Shown: positions 1 through 11,940, counted from the first letter of the whole stretch. The stretch is 63,056 nucleotides of DNA, filler included, from Octopus bimaculoides (GCF_001194135.2; 6 parts of 6 records of this genome joined end to end with filler, not necessarily neighbours in it); one strand, 5' to 3'. Numbers and translations: made by a program. Notes: a model not told the origin generated them from the letters alone.

Positions 1-21
1 CAGGCTCCTTACCACACAGCC
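1..21 (-). mobile_element. SINE family A head fragment
   Basis: cttaccacacagcc matches the reverse-complemented head of the copies at 32689-32702 and 35840-35853. Confidence 0.6.
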
Positions 22-96
22 GACCATGTTATTCATGTAACGATGATGGTAGAGTAACGTGGTGGAATTGTGGGTATCGATGGTGGTGGTCGTGGT

Positions 97-154
<58 letters not shown>

Positions 155-202
155 GAGGAGGAGGAGGAGGAGGAGGAGGCGTAGTAGTAGTAGTAGTAGT
201 AG
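97..202. repeat. Compound (TAG)n/(GGA)n microsatellite
   Basis: Directly visible; source of the poly-Leu ORF 29-397. Confidence 0.95.
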
Positions 203-1591
203 TATTCTATTTATCATGGAAGTAGCTGTTGCGAATAGTAACCATGCCGTTGTTATTTTGCTCTTAAACGAGAAATCACTGAACGAGTTGAGGATACCTA
301 TTATCGAAAGAACTCTAGCCGTGACCATCCAATCATAACGATTACAATATCTATATATTTGTTTAATTCCTGCTTTCAGAAAATGGCAGAGGTTCATTAT
401 CTCAAGTGTATTTTTCTAAATCGCATGAGCGTGATTAGAGAGATTTGAGGAAATTTTGAGGGTAACTATTTCTGGAACTCCAATGAACCGCGTAAAGGCA
501 CCTATTGTTGCTATAACTGTGTTTTCGAGGATAAAAGATTGGTGTTGGTCATGATGGCTGCGTTGATTGTACTGTCTTTAGTTATACTAGAAATATTATT
601 GTTTATGTTGTTGTTGTAGTGGTTGTTGTTGTTGCTGTTGTCTTTCATGTTATTAGTATTAGTGGTTGTGTTGGTGGTTGCGGTGGTAGTTGTAGTGGTA
701 GTTTGATCATAATGGTCGTTCTAATTATAACAGGGTTGGTGCGGATTGTTGAACGCAGGTTGATAGCATTGGTGTGATGAAGACGACAATGACACCGACG
801 ATCATGATGATGAGGATGATGATGGTGCTGCTGGTGCTGGTAATTGTGCTGGTGGTGGTTTTAGTGGTGTTGGGGAGGGAACTGGTTGTTAAGGTAATTG
901 AAGAAATATCGGTAGTTCAGGTGAGGTTCCACATAAACACAACTGCGACGTTGTGTGTCTGAGGGAGCAGGAGTAGATGCAAGCATAAACACATACTTGC
1001 ATATATGTACAAATGCATGTTTGTATGCATATATAAGTGTATGTGTGCGCATGTGCGTGTGTTTTTATATATAAAAATATCCACATCGACACCAGCTTAC
1101 CTACATACATGCATACATACATATATATNNNNNNNNNNNNNNNNNNNNNNNNNNNNNNNNNNNNNNNNNNNNNNNNNNNNNNNNNNNNNNNNNNNNNNNN
1201 NNNNNNNNNNNNNNNNNNNNNNNNNNNNNNNNNNNNNNNNNNNNNNNNNNNNNNNNNNNNNNNNNNNNNNNNNNNNNNNNNNNNNNNNNNNNNNNNNNNN
1301 NNNNNNNNNNNNNNNNNNNNNNNNNNNNNNNNNNNNNNNNNNNNNNNNNNNNNNNNNNNNNNNNNNNNNNNNNNNNNNNNNNNNNNNNNNNNNNNNNNNN
1401 NNNNNNNNNNNNNNNNNNNNNNNNNNNNNNNNNNNNNNTATATATATAGTTATATAAACGTGTGTTTGTGCATATATATATGTGTGTGTGTGTGTGTGTG
1501 TTTTATAACTGAGAGGGAAGGAATATAATGTTAGTATTGGTAGAAGTTACGGCATACACATATAAAACAAGCACAGCAGTAGCAGCAGCGA

Positions 1592-1625
<34 letters not shown>

Positions 1626-1929
1626 GGCAGTACGAGTAGGAGTAACACTAGTGGTGGTGGTGGTGGTGGTGGTGGTGGTGGTTGGTGAGCTGAGATTGTT
1701 TCTATTGCTGACAGCATCGTGTGAATGCCTCCCGGGGGCCAATGTGAAATACTTTGTTAACTTGTCTATTCACAACTTTCCCTGATATCATGCGTCTGAT
1801 TCTTATTTGGTAATTAATGATATAGCAATGGCTTCCTGGGAATCCTTACTTTAATTATCAGTCGTTGTGTCGATCTAAAGAAATGCCACCACTACCACGA
1901 CAACAACAACAGCCACAAGAACATCAACA

Positions 1930-1977
1930 ATAATAATAATGTTATTGATAATAATAATAATAATGATGATGACGATA

Positions 1978-2029
<52 letters not shown>

Positions 2030-2058
2030 CTATGCTGCTGATGATGATGATGATGATG

Positions 2059-2120
<62 letters not shown>
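1930..2120. repeat. (ATA)n/(ATG)n compound microsatellite
   Basis: Directly visible; source of the poly-Met/Ile ORF. Confidence 0.95.
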
Positions 2121-2121
<1 letters not shown>

Positions 2122-2479
2122 GCGTCATCATCTACGCCTATTTGCCGGCATTAACAAATATAACAGCATCTATAGAAAAGAATTATAACTGCAGTTATCA
2201 TCACCACAGCATACCAGCAACAACAGTATAGCGTAACCATCATCAACGCCTCAGCTACGACTAATCACAACAGCAGCAACAACGACAACAACAACACCAA
2301 TTACAACAACAACAAGAACGACAGTAGCTTTCTATACAACGGAATAAATAGTGTATAGAGAGTTACCAACATGGCCACCCTTTTTCCAGTAGCACAACAT
2401 CACCACCAACGCCACCGCCTCTAACGACAATAACATATCATGAGCAAAATTTTTGCAACTACCATCTCTTCTATCAGTT

Positions 2480-2656
2480 CTAGATTTAAGAAATGAGGAA
2501 TTGTGTACATTATTTACATTATTTACATTTGACGGATATTTGACCTCATCTTGTTTCTTGTTAACACAACATTTCGACTGATCTACCCTCCAGCTTTCAT
2601 CAGGTAACATGGAGAAATTTCGAACCTGGGTTCTAATTCCTAAGATATTTTAGATG

Positions 2657-2729
<73 letters not shown>

Positions 2730-2853
2730 TATTATTATTCAGGTCACTGCCTGGAATCGAACTCGGAATCTTGGGGTTAGTAGCCCGCGCTCTTAACCAC
2801 AAACGTTGTTTTAACAACAAACAAGATGAGGACAAATATCGGTCAAATGTAAA
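2480..2853 (-). mobile_element. Composite element: tRNA-like head (2800-2741), (AAT)n, Penelope-type tail with degenerate hammerhead, plus inverted tail copy (2801-2853)
   Basis: Minus strand reads GTGGTTAAGAGCGCGGG...GAGTTCGATTCC (A/B-box like), then CTGATGA..GAAA at 2603-2572. 2801-2853 is about 90% identical to the reverse complement of 2522-2574. Confidence 0.65.
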
Positions 2854-3275
2854 CAAAGGAAAATGATGTAAATAATGATCTCTGCTATCAGTTTCCATCA
2901 ACTACAATGCCAGCAACATCGACACCACCAGCGATATAAACTCCATGACAAACTTTAGAATCTCTGCCGCCAACATCCTCAAATACTACTCCACACGAAA
3001 ACTACCACGACAGACAGTGGCATCTCCTCACCACCGAAACCAACATCAGTTAAGTCGACACCGAAACCACCGATATCACACTCGGCACCTTCACCACCAG
3101 CATCACCGCAATTACCAATACCACCACCGCCACATCAACATCATCAACATCAAAAGAACAACCGCCACTGCAACATCATTCCCCAACCTCCACTAAAATA
3201 AGCGATGACAGCACACCTGTTATCATTCGCTGACACCGCTACAACCAACATCAAGTGATGCTAAGTTGGTTCACG

Positions 3276-3460
3276 TCATCTTTGAAGATGGCGCACCGTA
3301 TCTTCTTTGAGTCTCCCTCTCTTTCTTCGTTCCTCCAGTGGTACATATGATACAACTATCTTGGTCATTCGCTCATCTTCGCAGTCTATTTGCAAAGATC
3401 TACGGTGATATGCCAGCATTATCATCTTCCCAACTTCAGGTCTTCTATCCATAGTAGAAA
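3276..3460 (-). mobile_element. RTE-like LINE 3' fragment
   Basis: RMTKIVVSYVPLEERRKRGRLKEDTVRHLQR resembles the RTE C-terminal motif (R.PK.V...P.G.R.RGRP..TW). Confidence 0.5.
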
Positions 3461-3565
3461 GAATTACCATATGCATAAACATATGCATACATACAGACTA
3501 CTTGTCATAGAAACACAAGAACACACCTACATATAAACATACACATAGAAAAACCGAAGTGCATA

Positions 3566-3764
3566 TACGATGCTGCAAAGTTCTTTGATTTAAGGGTGTC
3601 GCAAAAGGTCTGGTTCGAGACCCAACCTTCCGAGTTCTTTACAGGGCTTAGAAAAACTAAAGGAGTGCTGCAAAAAGTGCGTGAATCTCATAGGGGAATA
3701 TGTTTACTCATCTTCCTACATGTTCTTTTTCCCAAAGCCAGGAACTTTATTGCATCCCTTCGTA
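3566..3764 (+). mobile_element. Mariner-derived MITE
   Basis: Imperfect TIRs TACGA..tgctgcaaagttc / ggaactttattgcatcccttCGTA with TA ends. The interior encodes a remnant of the mariner C-terminus (EKLKECCKKCVNL.GEY). Confidence 0.7.
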
Positions 3765-3988
3765 AGTGCTGGAATGATTCTTAATTTAAAGCAATTGGTA
3801 CTGAAGCGAAGATGTCTTTAATACTGCAAATATTAACAAATAATAAAATCGTTGTTTCTAAATGATAATGAATAGTGTGTTGTTTTCCTACAAGCTAGTA
3901 CTTCAGCGGTGGGCTCTCGTAATGTCATGCCATTCTATGACCAGTAATTAATATAACAATAGAAGCCAGATTTAAAATATTCATTATT

Positions 3989-4133
3989 GCAGGCATAGCT
4001 ATGGGGTAAAAGGTTTTCTTCCCAACCACATCATTCCAGGTTCAGTCCAGTTACGTGGAACCTTGGGCAAATATCTTCTATTATAGCCTTGTAACTGAAT
4101 TTGGTAGACATGAACTGAAAGAAAGAAGTCGTA
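3989..4133 (+). mobile_element. SINE family A 5' half (degraded)
   Basis: tRNA-like head, ggttcagtcc B-box, then ccttgggcaa CORE-like segment; colinear with 61978-62150. Confidence 0.8.
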
Positions 4134-4298
4134 TACGACGGGTTTCTCACAGTCTCCGTCTAGCAAATCCACTCTCAAGTCTTTGGTCGGCCCGAGGCTA
4201 TAGTAGATGACATTTGCTCAAGTTGCCTCGGGGTGGGACTGAACCCGGAACCATGTTCTTAGTAAGCAAACTTCTTACCAAACAGCCACGCCTGCACC
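4134..4298 (-). mobile_element. SINE family A 5' half
   Basis: Colinear with 35700-35865 (cccgaggctatagtaga, gtgggactgaacccggaaccatg, cttacca.acagcc). Confidence 0.85.
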
Positions 4299-4386
4299 TA
4301 TGTGTGTGTGTATGTGCGTGTACATATGTGTATATGTGCGTGTGTGTATGCGTGTGTCTGTCTGTGTGTGTGTGTGTGTGTCATGC

Positions 4387-4550
4387 GCTTCTACGTACTC
4401 ACCCTCAACCAAATTCACTCACAATGATTTATTCGGCCCTGGGATTTACAAGAAGATACTTGCGCCATTTACCGCACCTTAGGGCTGAACGCAAAACCAA
4501 ATAGTTGCAAAGTTTCAAAACTGTTCTTCTTAACCATACAGCCATGCCTG
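4387..4550 (-). mobile_element. SINE family A 5' half (old)
   Basis: Minus strand caggcatggctgtatggttaagaag ... gcaagtatcttct ... gtgagtgaatttgg. Confidence 0.6.
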
Positions 4551-5672
4551 GAAATAAGACTTTGAAATATTGAAACTGCGGTATTTTGAAAGTCTTCACT
4601 AAGAGATATCAAACAGTTCCGTATACAACTTATTATTGTGTTTGCATACACGGCACTAAAGAGGATTCAAGATTGTCTTATTCTTCTGCATAGAACGAGA
4701 ATAAGAATGCGAATTCACAACTGCTGAATATGCTTATTGTAGGTTTTGAAAAGCTTTATTTGAGCAAATTTTCAATTTATCTTACGTTTGTAATATTATG
4801 TAAAAGTTGTGTAAGATTATATATCTATGTAAGCGTATGTGAGCTTGTGTGATTGCGTAATTCTAATAAGAGTGTGCATATATGTGCGTGCGTGCGTGCT
4901 TGTGTGTGCATACATATATACATAGTTTACATATATATATATATATATATATACATACACACAATTATATATATGATATGTATGTACATATATATATATA
5001 CATACCTACACACAAGAACATATATATGTATGCATGTGTGTATGTATCCATAAGCATGTATGTATCTATGCTTGTATGTACGTACGCACGTATGAATGTT
5101 TTTATAAAAGTCGATCGCCATTATTCCTCTCGTAACTATTTATTGTTTTATGCAGTTTATTGTATGTCAACTATTTATTTCACTTGCATTCCTAAACAAA
5201 TAAAATCAATAAAATTAAATTATCATTTTTCGAAAAACAAAACAAAGACAGCAGCCGTTCGTATTTAATATATTAATTAACGTAGTTCATTAGAGGCTGA
5301 ATTATCTCTAATGAACTTTTACCGCTTCACAAACAAAAATCAAATCCGAATTTATGTTTACAATTATGGGTGCATTCTGTTATGAATGTGTACAGTTTGA
5401 ATCCGGATTTGAAATTAATTTTTCGCTACTGTTTAACCATGAGCCATCTCCGTTCTGGTTAAGCATCTCTGCGATCAAATGCGTTCTAACCATAGCCACC
5501 CGTTATATTTGAACATTTTGTATATTACCTAGTCGAGTATGTTACTCATTTTTCTAATAAGCTGTAAGTTTTCAGGAAGGTTCGGCTATTTCTTATTCGT
5601 GATAAGTGAAGCAGCAATGAAAGGCAGTTGTTTTTAGACAATCTATCGCAACCTGACGATCAGGACTGGGAA

Positions 5673-5753
5673 ACGGGCTTATGTCACATTGTGGCATAAG
5701 TTACGGGCTTATGCCACATTGTGGCATAAGTTACGGGCTTATGTCACATTGTG
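5673..5753. repeat. 30-bp tandem repeat (about 2.7 copies) with internal hairpin
   Basis: Unit acgggcttatg(t/c)cacattgtggcataagtt; cttatgccac-att-gtggcataag is a perfect 10-bp stem in copy 2. Confidence 0.95.
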
Positions 5754-6045
5754 AAAGCTAAAGCCTTAACGGACGAAATATAGCGTAAGGAACGCATCGT
5801 TGAAACGTCTGACGAAGAAATTATGACTTTATATTTTCTACCATGACAAATATTCATAACAGTAGCCTTACATAACGTCAAAACGTATTCAGTGTAATTA
5901 AGGTGGTAAGTGGGGAATGTGTAGTATGTGTGAGTGCATGCCTGTGTATGTATGTGTGCGTGCGTGAGTGTGTGTGTGTATATGCATGTGTATGACGTGC
6001 GTATGCGCGTGTGTGTGTGTGGATGTGTACCGGTATGTATATCTA

Positions 6046-6560
6046 CATATAAAACCTTGGCCGCGAGCTTCCGAAAGATATTGCCCTCAACGATGGGGCC
6101 CAAGCTACTACCCTTTTAACTGAGAGCGATTAAGATGGCCGGAATGAAGAGAATGGCGGTCAATGGTGCCGTAAATGGACTTGTTAATGGGAGTTGAAAT
6201 TGTATTCAGCAGGTGGGGCCCGTCTTCGTCACTAAGCTGAGACAGCATGTCTTTGAGGTGGATGGGTCGGAGGCTATTGACATCTCCGCTTCTACTGACA
6301 GGGTAAGACCTCAGGGCAGAGAGAATATCTTTCTGGGTGTCCATCTGTAGCAGTTAAAGGTCCTGTGGTGTTATAAGTCTGAAGTCTGCAGGTGGTTCAA
6401 CATTTTTCAGCCGTAGGGCAGCCAAATCCTTCTCGGTTAGGTAGAGGACACTGTTGTCAGAAAGGACTTCTCTGATAACAGCTTCGTGTATAAATATATA
6501 TTTCGTTTTATCATTTACATGCATAAGAAGTTTGACTGCGACCATGTTGGGGCACTCACT
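6046..6560 (-). mobile_element. CRE-clade non-LTR retrotransposon RT N-terminal relic
   Basis: ILSALRSYPVSRSGDVNSLRPIHLKDML...GPIVEGNIFRKLAAKVL matches the CRE/SLACS-type pattern SFP.GS.GGPDGLRPQHLKD...RPIAVG..FRRL.AK; in-frame stops present. Confidence 0.65.
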
Positions 6561-6813
6561 TAATGGGTCTTAGTTTTAAAAATGGGTTCCATTACATTTT
6601 TTGTAATTCTTGTACTTATATTTGACATATTGATAAACTACTACGTTAAGGGGACGTTTAGTCTAACTGTCTTACTTCTGTAAGTACGCAAATTTATTCC
6701 ATATTTAATCATTACATAACAGCAACAGCAGCAACAGCAGCAGCAAGAACAGCAATAAAGGCAACGATAGCAATAACAACAACGACGACGACACTAACGA
6801 CAACAACAACAGC

Positions 6814-6950
<137 letters not shown>

Positions 6951-7982
6951 TGATGATGATGATGATGATAATAAAAGAATCTTGTTTAATCTATTTCGCA
7001 TGTATATCGTCATAAAATAATTCTATGGCACAATTTCACCTTTTGCAATGGAAGCATACATTTTAGATTATTTTTCTAATTTGACATAGTAACAACTACA
7101 AGTGCACAGTTAAGACATGTCCATTTTCTCACAAATCCTTCATATTTCAATTTGTATTTTACCTTGTATTTTCTTAGATTTTATCTAAAAAAAATATTTT
7201 TATCGTATATAAATGGCGTGAAATATTTCAATTTACTTGAGTAATATATCGAAGTCTTCGCTAAAACCATTATATAAATGTAATAATACCTTTTCGTATT
7301 CAGTTTCTCTTTTTAAAGAAAATTTTATTAGTTTTCAGCGTAACTGACAGATGATGTACATCACTTAGGATATTCATAATTGAATTATGTGATTTCAATG
7401 TCCAAGGACTTTGAGTAACGTAATCGGTAGAGTAATGGACAAAAATCTGTTACAGGATTTTCACACATTTTCTAACGTTCCCATTTCGAATCCCTTTGAT
7501 AACAACTTTTCCTTCTTTGCTTGCTTTGTCAGATTTTATCCTTGGTTCGTCCGTCTTTCTGATTTCTTTTATTGTCTTGGTACTCCATCTTTCTGTCTCT
7601 GAAATGAGGTCAATTTCATTCTAATTTCAAAACCACAAACAAACATTACAAAGAATTAAGCTGAAAACGCCACAGAACAAAGCGGTATAAACATTTTTTG
7701 TATGAATTCATATAACATTCGAAATGATTTAAGTACATGGATAAAACGAAAGAAATTTTTCATGAGTATCAAATACATGAAATGGTATAATAGACAATTC
7801 ATCCTCCATAAAATGTCAGGATTGTAGCGATTTTAGTATTCACTGTTTTATTTCAAATCCTCTGATGCTTCACCCAAACCAGAAACAGGCTACAAACTAT
7901 TTTTTCCGGAGGTAAGTATTGCTCGTGCTAGAAAAATCATTGGATAAGAAAGATGGAGAATTAGAAAGAGAAGGAAAAAAAG

Positions 7983-8163
7983 AGCAACGAAGTTTATGAG
8001 GAAGTTCTCAGCGTCGGTGAGGAGAAATTAGCTATTCTGTTCAGGAGGTCATTCGGGTAGGGTTAGTAATAGTGATTTGCAGGAATCCTTAGCCTGACAA
8101 TCCTGTCGAGGGTCAGAACCGATTCGGAACAAACTTTATATGTACGTAAGTTTCATCAGATAA
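7983..8163 (+). pseudogene. Degenerate coding relic of unidentified protein (copy 1)
   Basis: SNEVYEEVLSVGEEKLAILFRRSFG and DLQESLA*QSCRGSEPIRNKLY align at amino-acid level with the minus-strand copies at 8785-9074. Confidence 0.55.
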
Positions 8164-8784
8164 TACTGCAACGCAATCCCACTGTAGCGAAACGACAAAT
8201 TTGAATCTTTATCATTAGCAATAACAAAATAACATAATATCTCTCCTGAAGTATCGAAATATCTGCTTCCATTCTTTGAGATGTATGTCAAAAGTAAAAT
8301 CGATATGAATTTTAAAGGTCTCAAGATGATGTTCAGTTTATGACTCTTCTTACATTGAAATCGATCTACCTTTGATCACCTGAAAATAGTAAAATAATAC
8401 TTGTAGTTAAACGTACATAAAGAAATGTACTGGCTTGATTTAAAGCATTTTGTATTTAAAAAAACACAACTGTAAATAAAGGTGTAAATTGAAATGTGTA
8501 ACCATCAGTTTTTTTCTGAGAAGATTCATCAGATATGTTAGGGATCGCATCATCTATAAATAAAAATCAATACCGAATGTAAAGGATATCGATCATCGTA
8601 TCGTTCTCTTTATATCACCATAGAAAGTAATGAAAATAACGAACGTATTAATTTAATTGATTAATTAAATAATTAGTTAATTAATTTAATAATTAGTTCA
8701 TTCATTAATTGATTAATTCATTAATTTATTAATTAATTAGTTAATTAATCAGTGAACAATTCTGTGCAGAGAGATTTCGTCGTT

Positions 8785-9074
8785 GTACCGCCTGATGACA
8801 CTTCTGTGCTTGTAAGTCTTGTCTCGAATTGGTACTGACTCACGTCACTACTATCAGGCTAAGCATTTCTGAAAGTTACTCAGAGAAGAGCTCGGCTCTA
8901 AAGTCTTCCTGAAGAGAATGTCTTTATCTCAAACTGACCATGCGTTTAGGCAGCACTCCCTGGCCAGGGATTTCTGAAAGTCATCCATGTTGTTACCGGC
9001 CCGAAAGTCTTCCGGAACAGACCAGTGAGTTCATTTTCGTCGATGCCCAGAGTTTCTCCAAAAACATCATTGCT
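8785..9074 (-). pseudogene. Degenerate coding relic of the same unidentified protein (copies 2 and 3, partial tandem duplication)
   Basis: SNDVFGETLGIDENELTGLFRKTFG (9074-9000) and ILFRKTLEPSSSLSNFQKCLA* (8919-8854), continuing RESVPIRDKTY. Confidence 0.55.
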
Positions 9075-9180
9075 TTTTCCCCGCCCCAGAATGTGTGTCT
9101 ATGCCTAACATATAACGTCCACCGATTGCATTACCTGACTGGAAAAGATGAGTCTCTGATGACATTGTAGGTGTCATCAT

Positions 9181-9400
9181 AATCCTTTCCGCGATAGGCA
9201 CAAGGCCTGAAATTGTGCAGTAGGGGACCAGTCGATTGCATCTTCTCCAGTTCTCGACTGATACTTATCTTACCAACATGGAAAAGGATGAAAAGTAATG
9301 TCAACCACAGCAGGAATTGAAATCAAAACGGGAAGACGGTCGAAACGCCGCTAAGCATCTTTCCAGACATTCAAATGATTCTGCCTGATCGCTGCTCTTA
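9181..9400 (-). mobile_element. SINE family B
   Basis: Reverse-complement match to 41879-41973 and 12551-12700 (gctaagcat, gaattgaa, ggcacaaggcctgaaatt tail). Confidence 0.7.
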
Positions 9401-9424
9401 CCCAGGCTCGACAATAGTAATTTC

Positions 9425-9472
<48 letters not shown>

Positions 9473-9490
9473 TTTGCGACAAAGTCATAA

Positions 9491-9676
9491 TAATAATTTC
9501 AAATTTTGCCACAAGTTGGAGGGAGTCGGTAAGTGGTCCTAGTGCTCATGTTATCGACCCCGAACAGAACAAAGGCAAGGTCGCCCACGGCGGAATTTGA
9601 ACTCAGAACGTGAAGAGGGACGAAATACCGCTAAGCATATTGCCTTCTTAAACGAATCTATCAGCTTGCTGTTCTT
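9491..9676 (-). mobile_element. SINE family B
   Basis: gcggaatttgaactcagaacgt...cgaaataccgctaagcat, close to the consensus seen at 41879. Confidence 0.8.
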
Positions 9677-10536
9677 ACCCAGGTGCCGTAATTACTATTA
9701 ACAATAAACAAAAAATACCGTTTTCATTTCCATATTTGTTTGTTTTCGATTTGCTTAAACCACAACAGATATTTTTTTTAGGGAGGGGGGAAGTTATTCG
9801 TCCTTATAAAGCCCCCCCCCCCCTTATCATTTGTCTTTATAACAAATATAGAAAGCGTTGTTGTTATTTTTTCTTAGTGATGTTATTATTACATTTATTT
9901 TATTGTTGTTGTTGTTGTTAGTTTTTTGTTATATTATTTCAATAAATGTTAAGAATAAGAACTTAAAATGGAGATATACAAAAGCTATTGTCTGTATTTT
10001 TACTTTACTTTCTAACGCCGTTTGTTTATTTCTTATCACCAATTTTACCGCAGTGCCAACTGTTCATATTTCTATATATCACACAACTCCAACAGACCGT
10101 ACACGAATGAATCAAGACTTTAATGATTCAAAACAGAAAAAAAAAATAGATACAATAACTACAAGAGCAACAATAACATTAACAAATAAAATCATTCTGT
10201 AAGAGCTTATATTTTAACTGTTCATTTCAACATCATCAGCATTTTTTCACGATACAAACATCACTGCCACCACCAGCAGCAGCAACAGCAACAGCATCGA
10301 CACCGCCATCGTCATCATCATCATCATCGCCCTGGTCGTCTCGTCCACGTTGTCGTCATGATCGTGGTGGTGGTGGTCGTCGTCGTCGTTGTCGTCGTGG
10401 TCATCATCATCATCAGCAGCAGCAGCATCATCATCATCATCATCATCATCACAATCGTATTTGATGACGTCTGAACAATGGTAATAATCGAAAGCGCTCA
10501 GTTGAAACATCACCACTTGCAAGAACATAACAACAT

Positions 10537-10571
<35 letters not shown>

Positions 10572-10572
10572 G

Positions 10573-10608
<36 letters not shown>

Positions 10609-10707
10609 ACAACGACTACTGTTGTTACTACCACTATTACTGCTACTACTACTACCACAACCAACATATTTCCATTTCTTACGAATAGCTTCGTCACTTA
10701 TTGCATG

Positions 10708-10766
<59 letters not shown>

Positions 10767-11469
10767 GCGCAAATACACATACATGCATATTAGCTTGAAA
10801 GATTCTTGAAAGCGAGATTGTGACTGTCTTTGAAACATCGATTAGAAATTTTCAGACTTTTCTCTTCCGTCGATATCTAATAACTAATATAATGAAACAA
10901 ATAACTTATTATTTTCACAGTTGGCTTGTAAAAATAGAGTCCTTAAATTCATATTTGACCTCTCCAGACAATTCACAATTGCGTCTTATATTGTTGTTTG
11001 AATTCATGTAGATTTTCCAAATAACAGTTTCTGTCACCGCTAGCTTCGTCTCGAAATACCATGCCGAAATAAACACACAAAACAACACTTACATCATAAA
11101 ATTAATATGTGGCTGCTGTCATGAAAACTTAAAGGTGAAACCTTTGACCACAGTAGACAAGTCGACACGTAACTGTTGGTATGTGAAGTAAACGGTTAAA
11201 ACACTTGAGCGGGTAAGTCTTCATGAATTCAACCAGTATACAAAGAACATCACAGGTTTTATATGTATTTAATTCTTGGAAATGGGATTGTAAATCTGGA
11301 AACGTCAACTGGAAATATAGTGTGTGTGAATGTGTGCTTGTGCATGTGTACGTTTGTTTGTAGGCGTGTGTTTGTTTGTAGGTGTGTGCTTGTGTGTGTA
11401 TGTATTTGTGTGTCTGTGTGTGTGTATGTGTGTGTTTGTGTGTGTATGTGCGTACATGTAGAACTCAGC

Positions 11470-11503
<34 letters not shown>

Positions 11504-11604
11504 GATAATATTAGGGACAAAATCCAAAATTACAGGTAAAAAGTCAATTAAAATCAATTTATAAAAAATCAAAACTATATATTTTATATATATATATATA
11601 TATA

Positions 11605-11790
11605 CCGGAGTAAGCGCATAAAAGTGCAACAAGGTGGAAAAAAGAGTATTCAAATACCAGAGGTGGAGTAATATGCTATATTTAAAAGCAGCAAAAATAT
11701 AACAACTGTTACTCGGAGTTTCACGTTCCCGGTCATCAGACAGTTTGAGTAACAGTTTCTTGTTACATTTCTGATGCTTTTAAATAATAT
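11605..11790 (-). mobile_element. Short Penelope-type terminal-repeat element with inverted tail copy
   Basis: 11747-11790 is an inverted copy of about 11672-11715; 11612-11670 is homologous to 57089-57140. Confidence 0.6.
11704..11745 (-). ncRNA. Candidate minimal type-I hammerhead ribozyme
   Basis: aactgt-CTGATGA-ccgggaacgt-GAAAC-tccga-GTA-acagtt: 6-bp stem I, intact core, GUA triplet. Confidence 0.6.
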
Positions 11791-11843
11791 ATATATATAN
11801 NNNNNNNNNNNNNNNNNNNNNNNNNNNNNNNNNNNNNNNNNNN

Positions 11844-11855
11844 TTAATTAATTAA
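11844..11855. other. Assembly linker TTAATTAATTAA between N runs (also at 23817, 29728, 39751, 58103)
   Basis: The identical 12-mer, giving stops in all frames, sits between N blocks five times. Confidence 0.9.
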
Positions 11856-11940
11856 NNNNNNNNNNNNNNNNNNNNNNNNNNNNNNNNNNNNNNNNNNNNT
11901 ATATATATATATATATATGCGCGCGCGCATGTATGTAAGT

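Noticed and set aside
2741-2800. Possible tRNA genes here and at 11941, 41879 and 61978
   Set aside because: No complete cloverleaf or acceptor stem; each is embedded in a multi-copy SINE body.
7440-7615. Minus-strand open frame NEIDLISETERW...KCVKIL after an AG
   Set aside because: Short, unrecognised and without a partner exon; compatible with chance.
8930-9110. Insulin-like look (ARECCLNAW; HTFWG)
   Set aside because: Required cysteines and spacing are absent; better explained as part of the repeated coding relic.
11844-11855. Recurrent palindrome TTAATTAATTAA
   Set aside because: Always centred between N blocks; an assembly linker.
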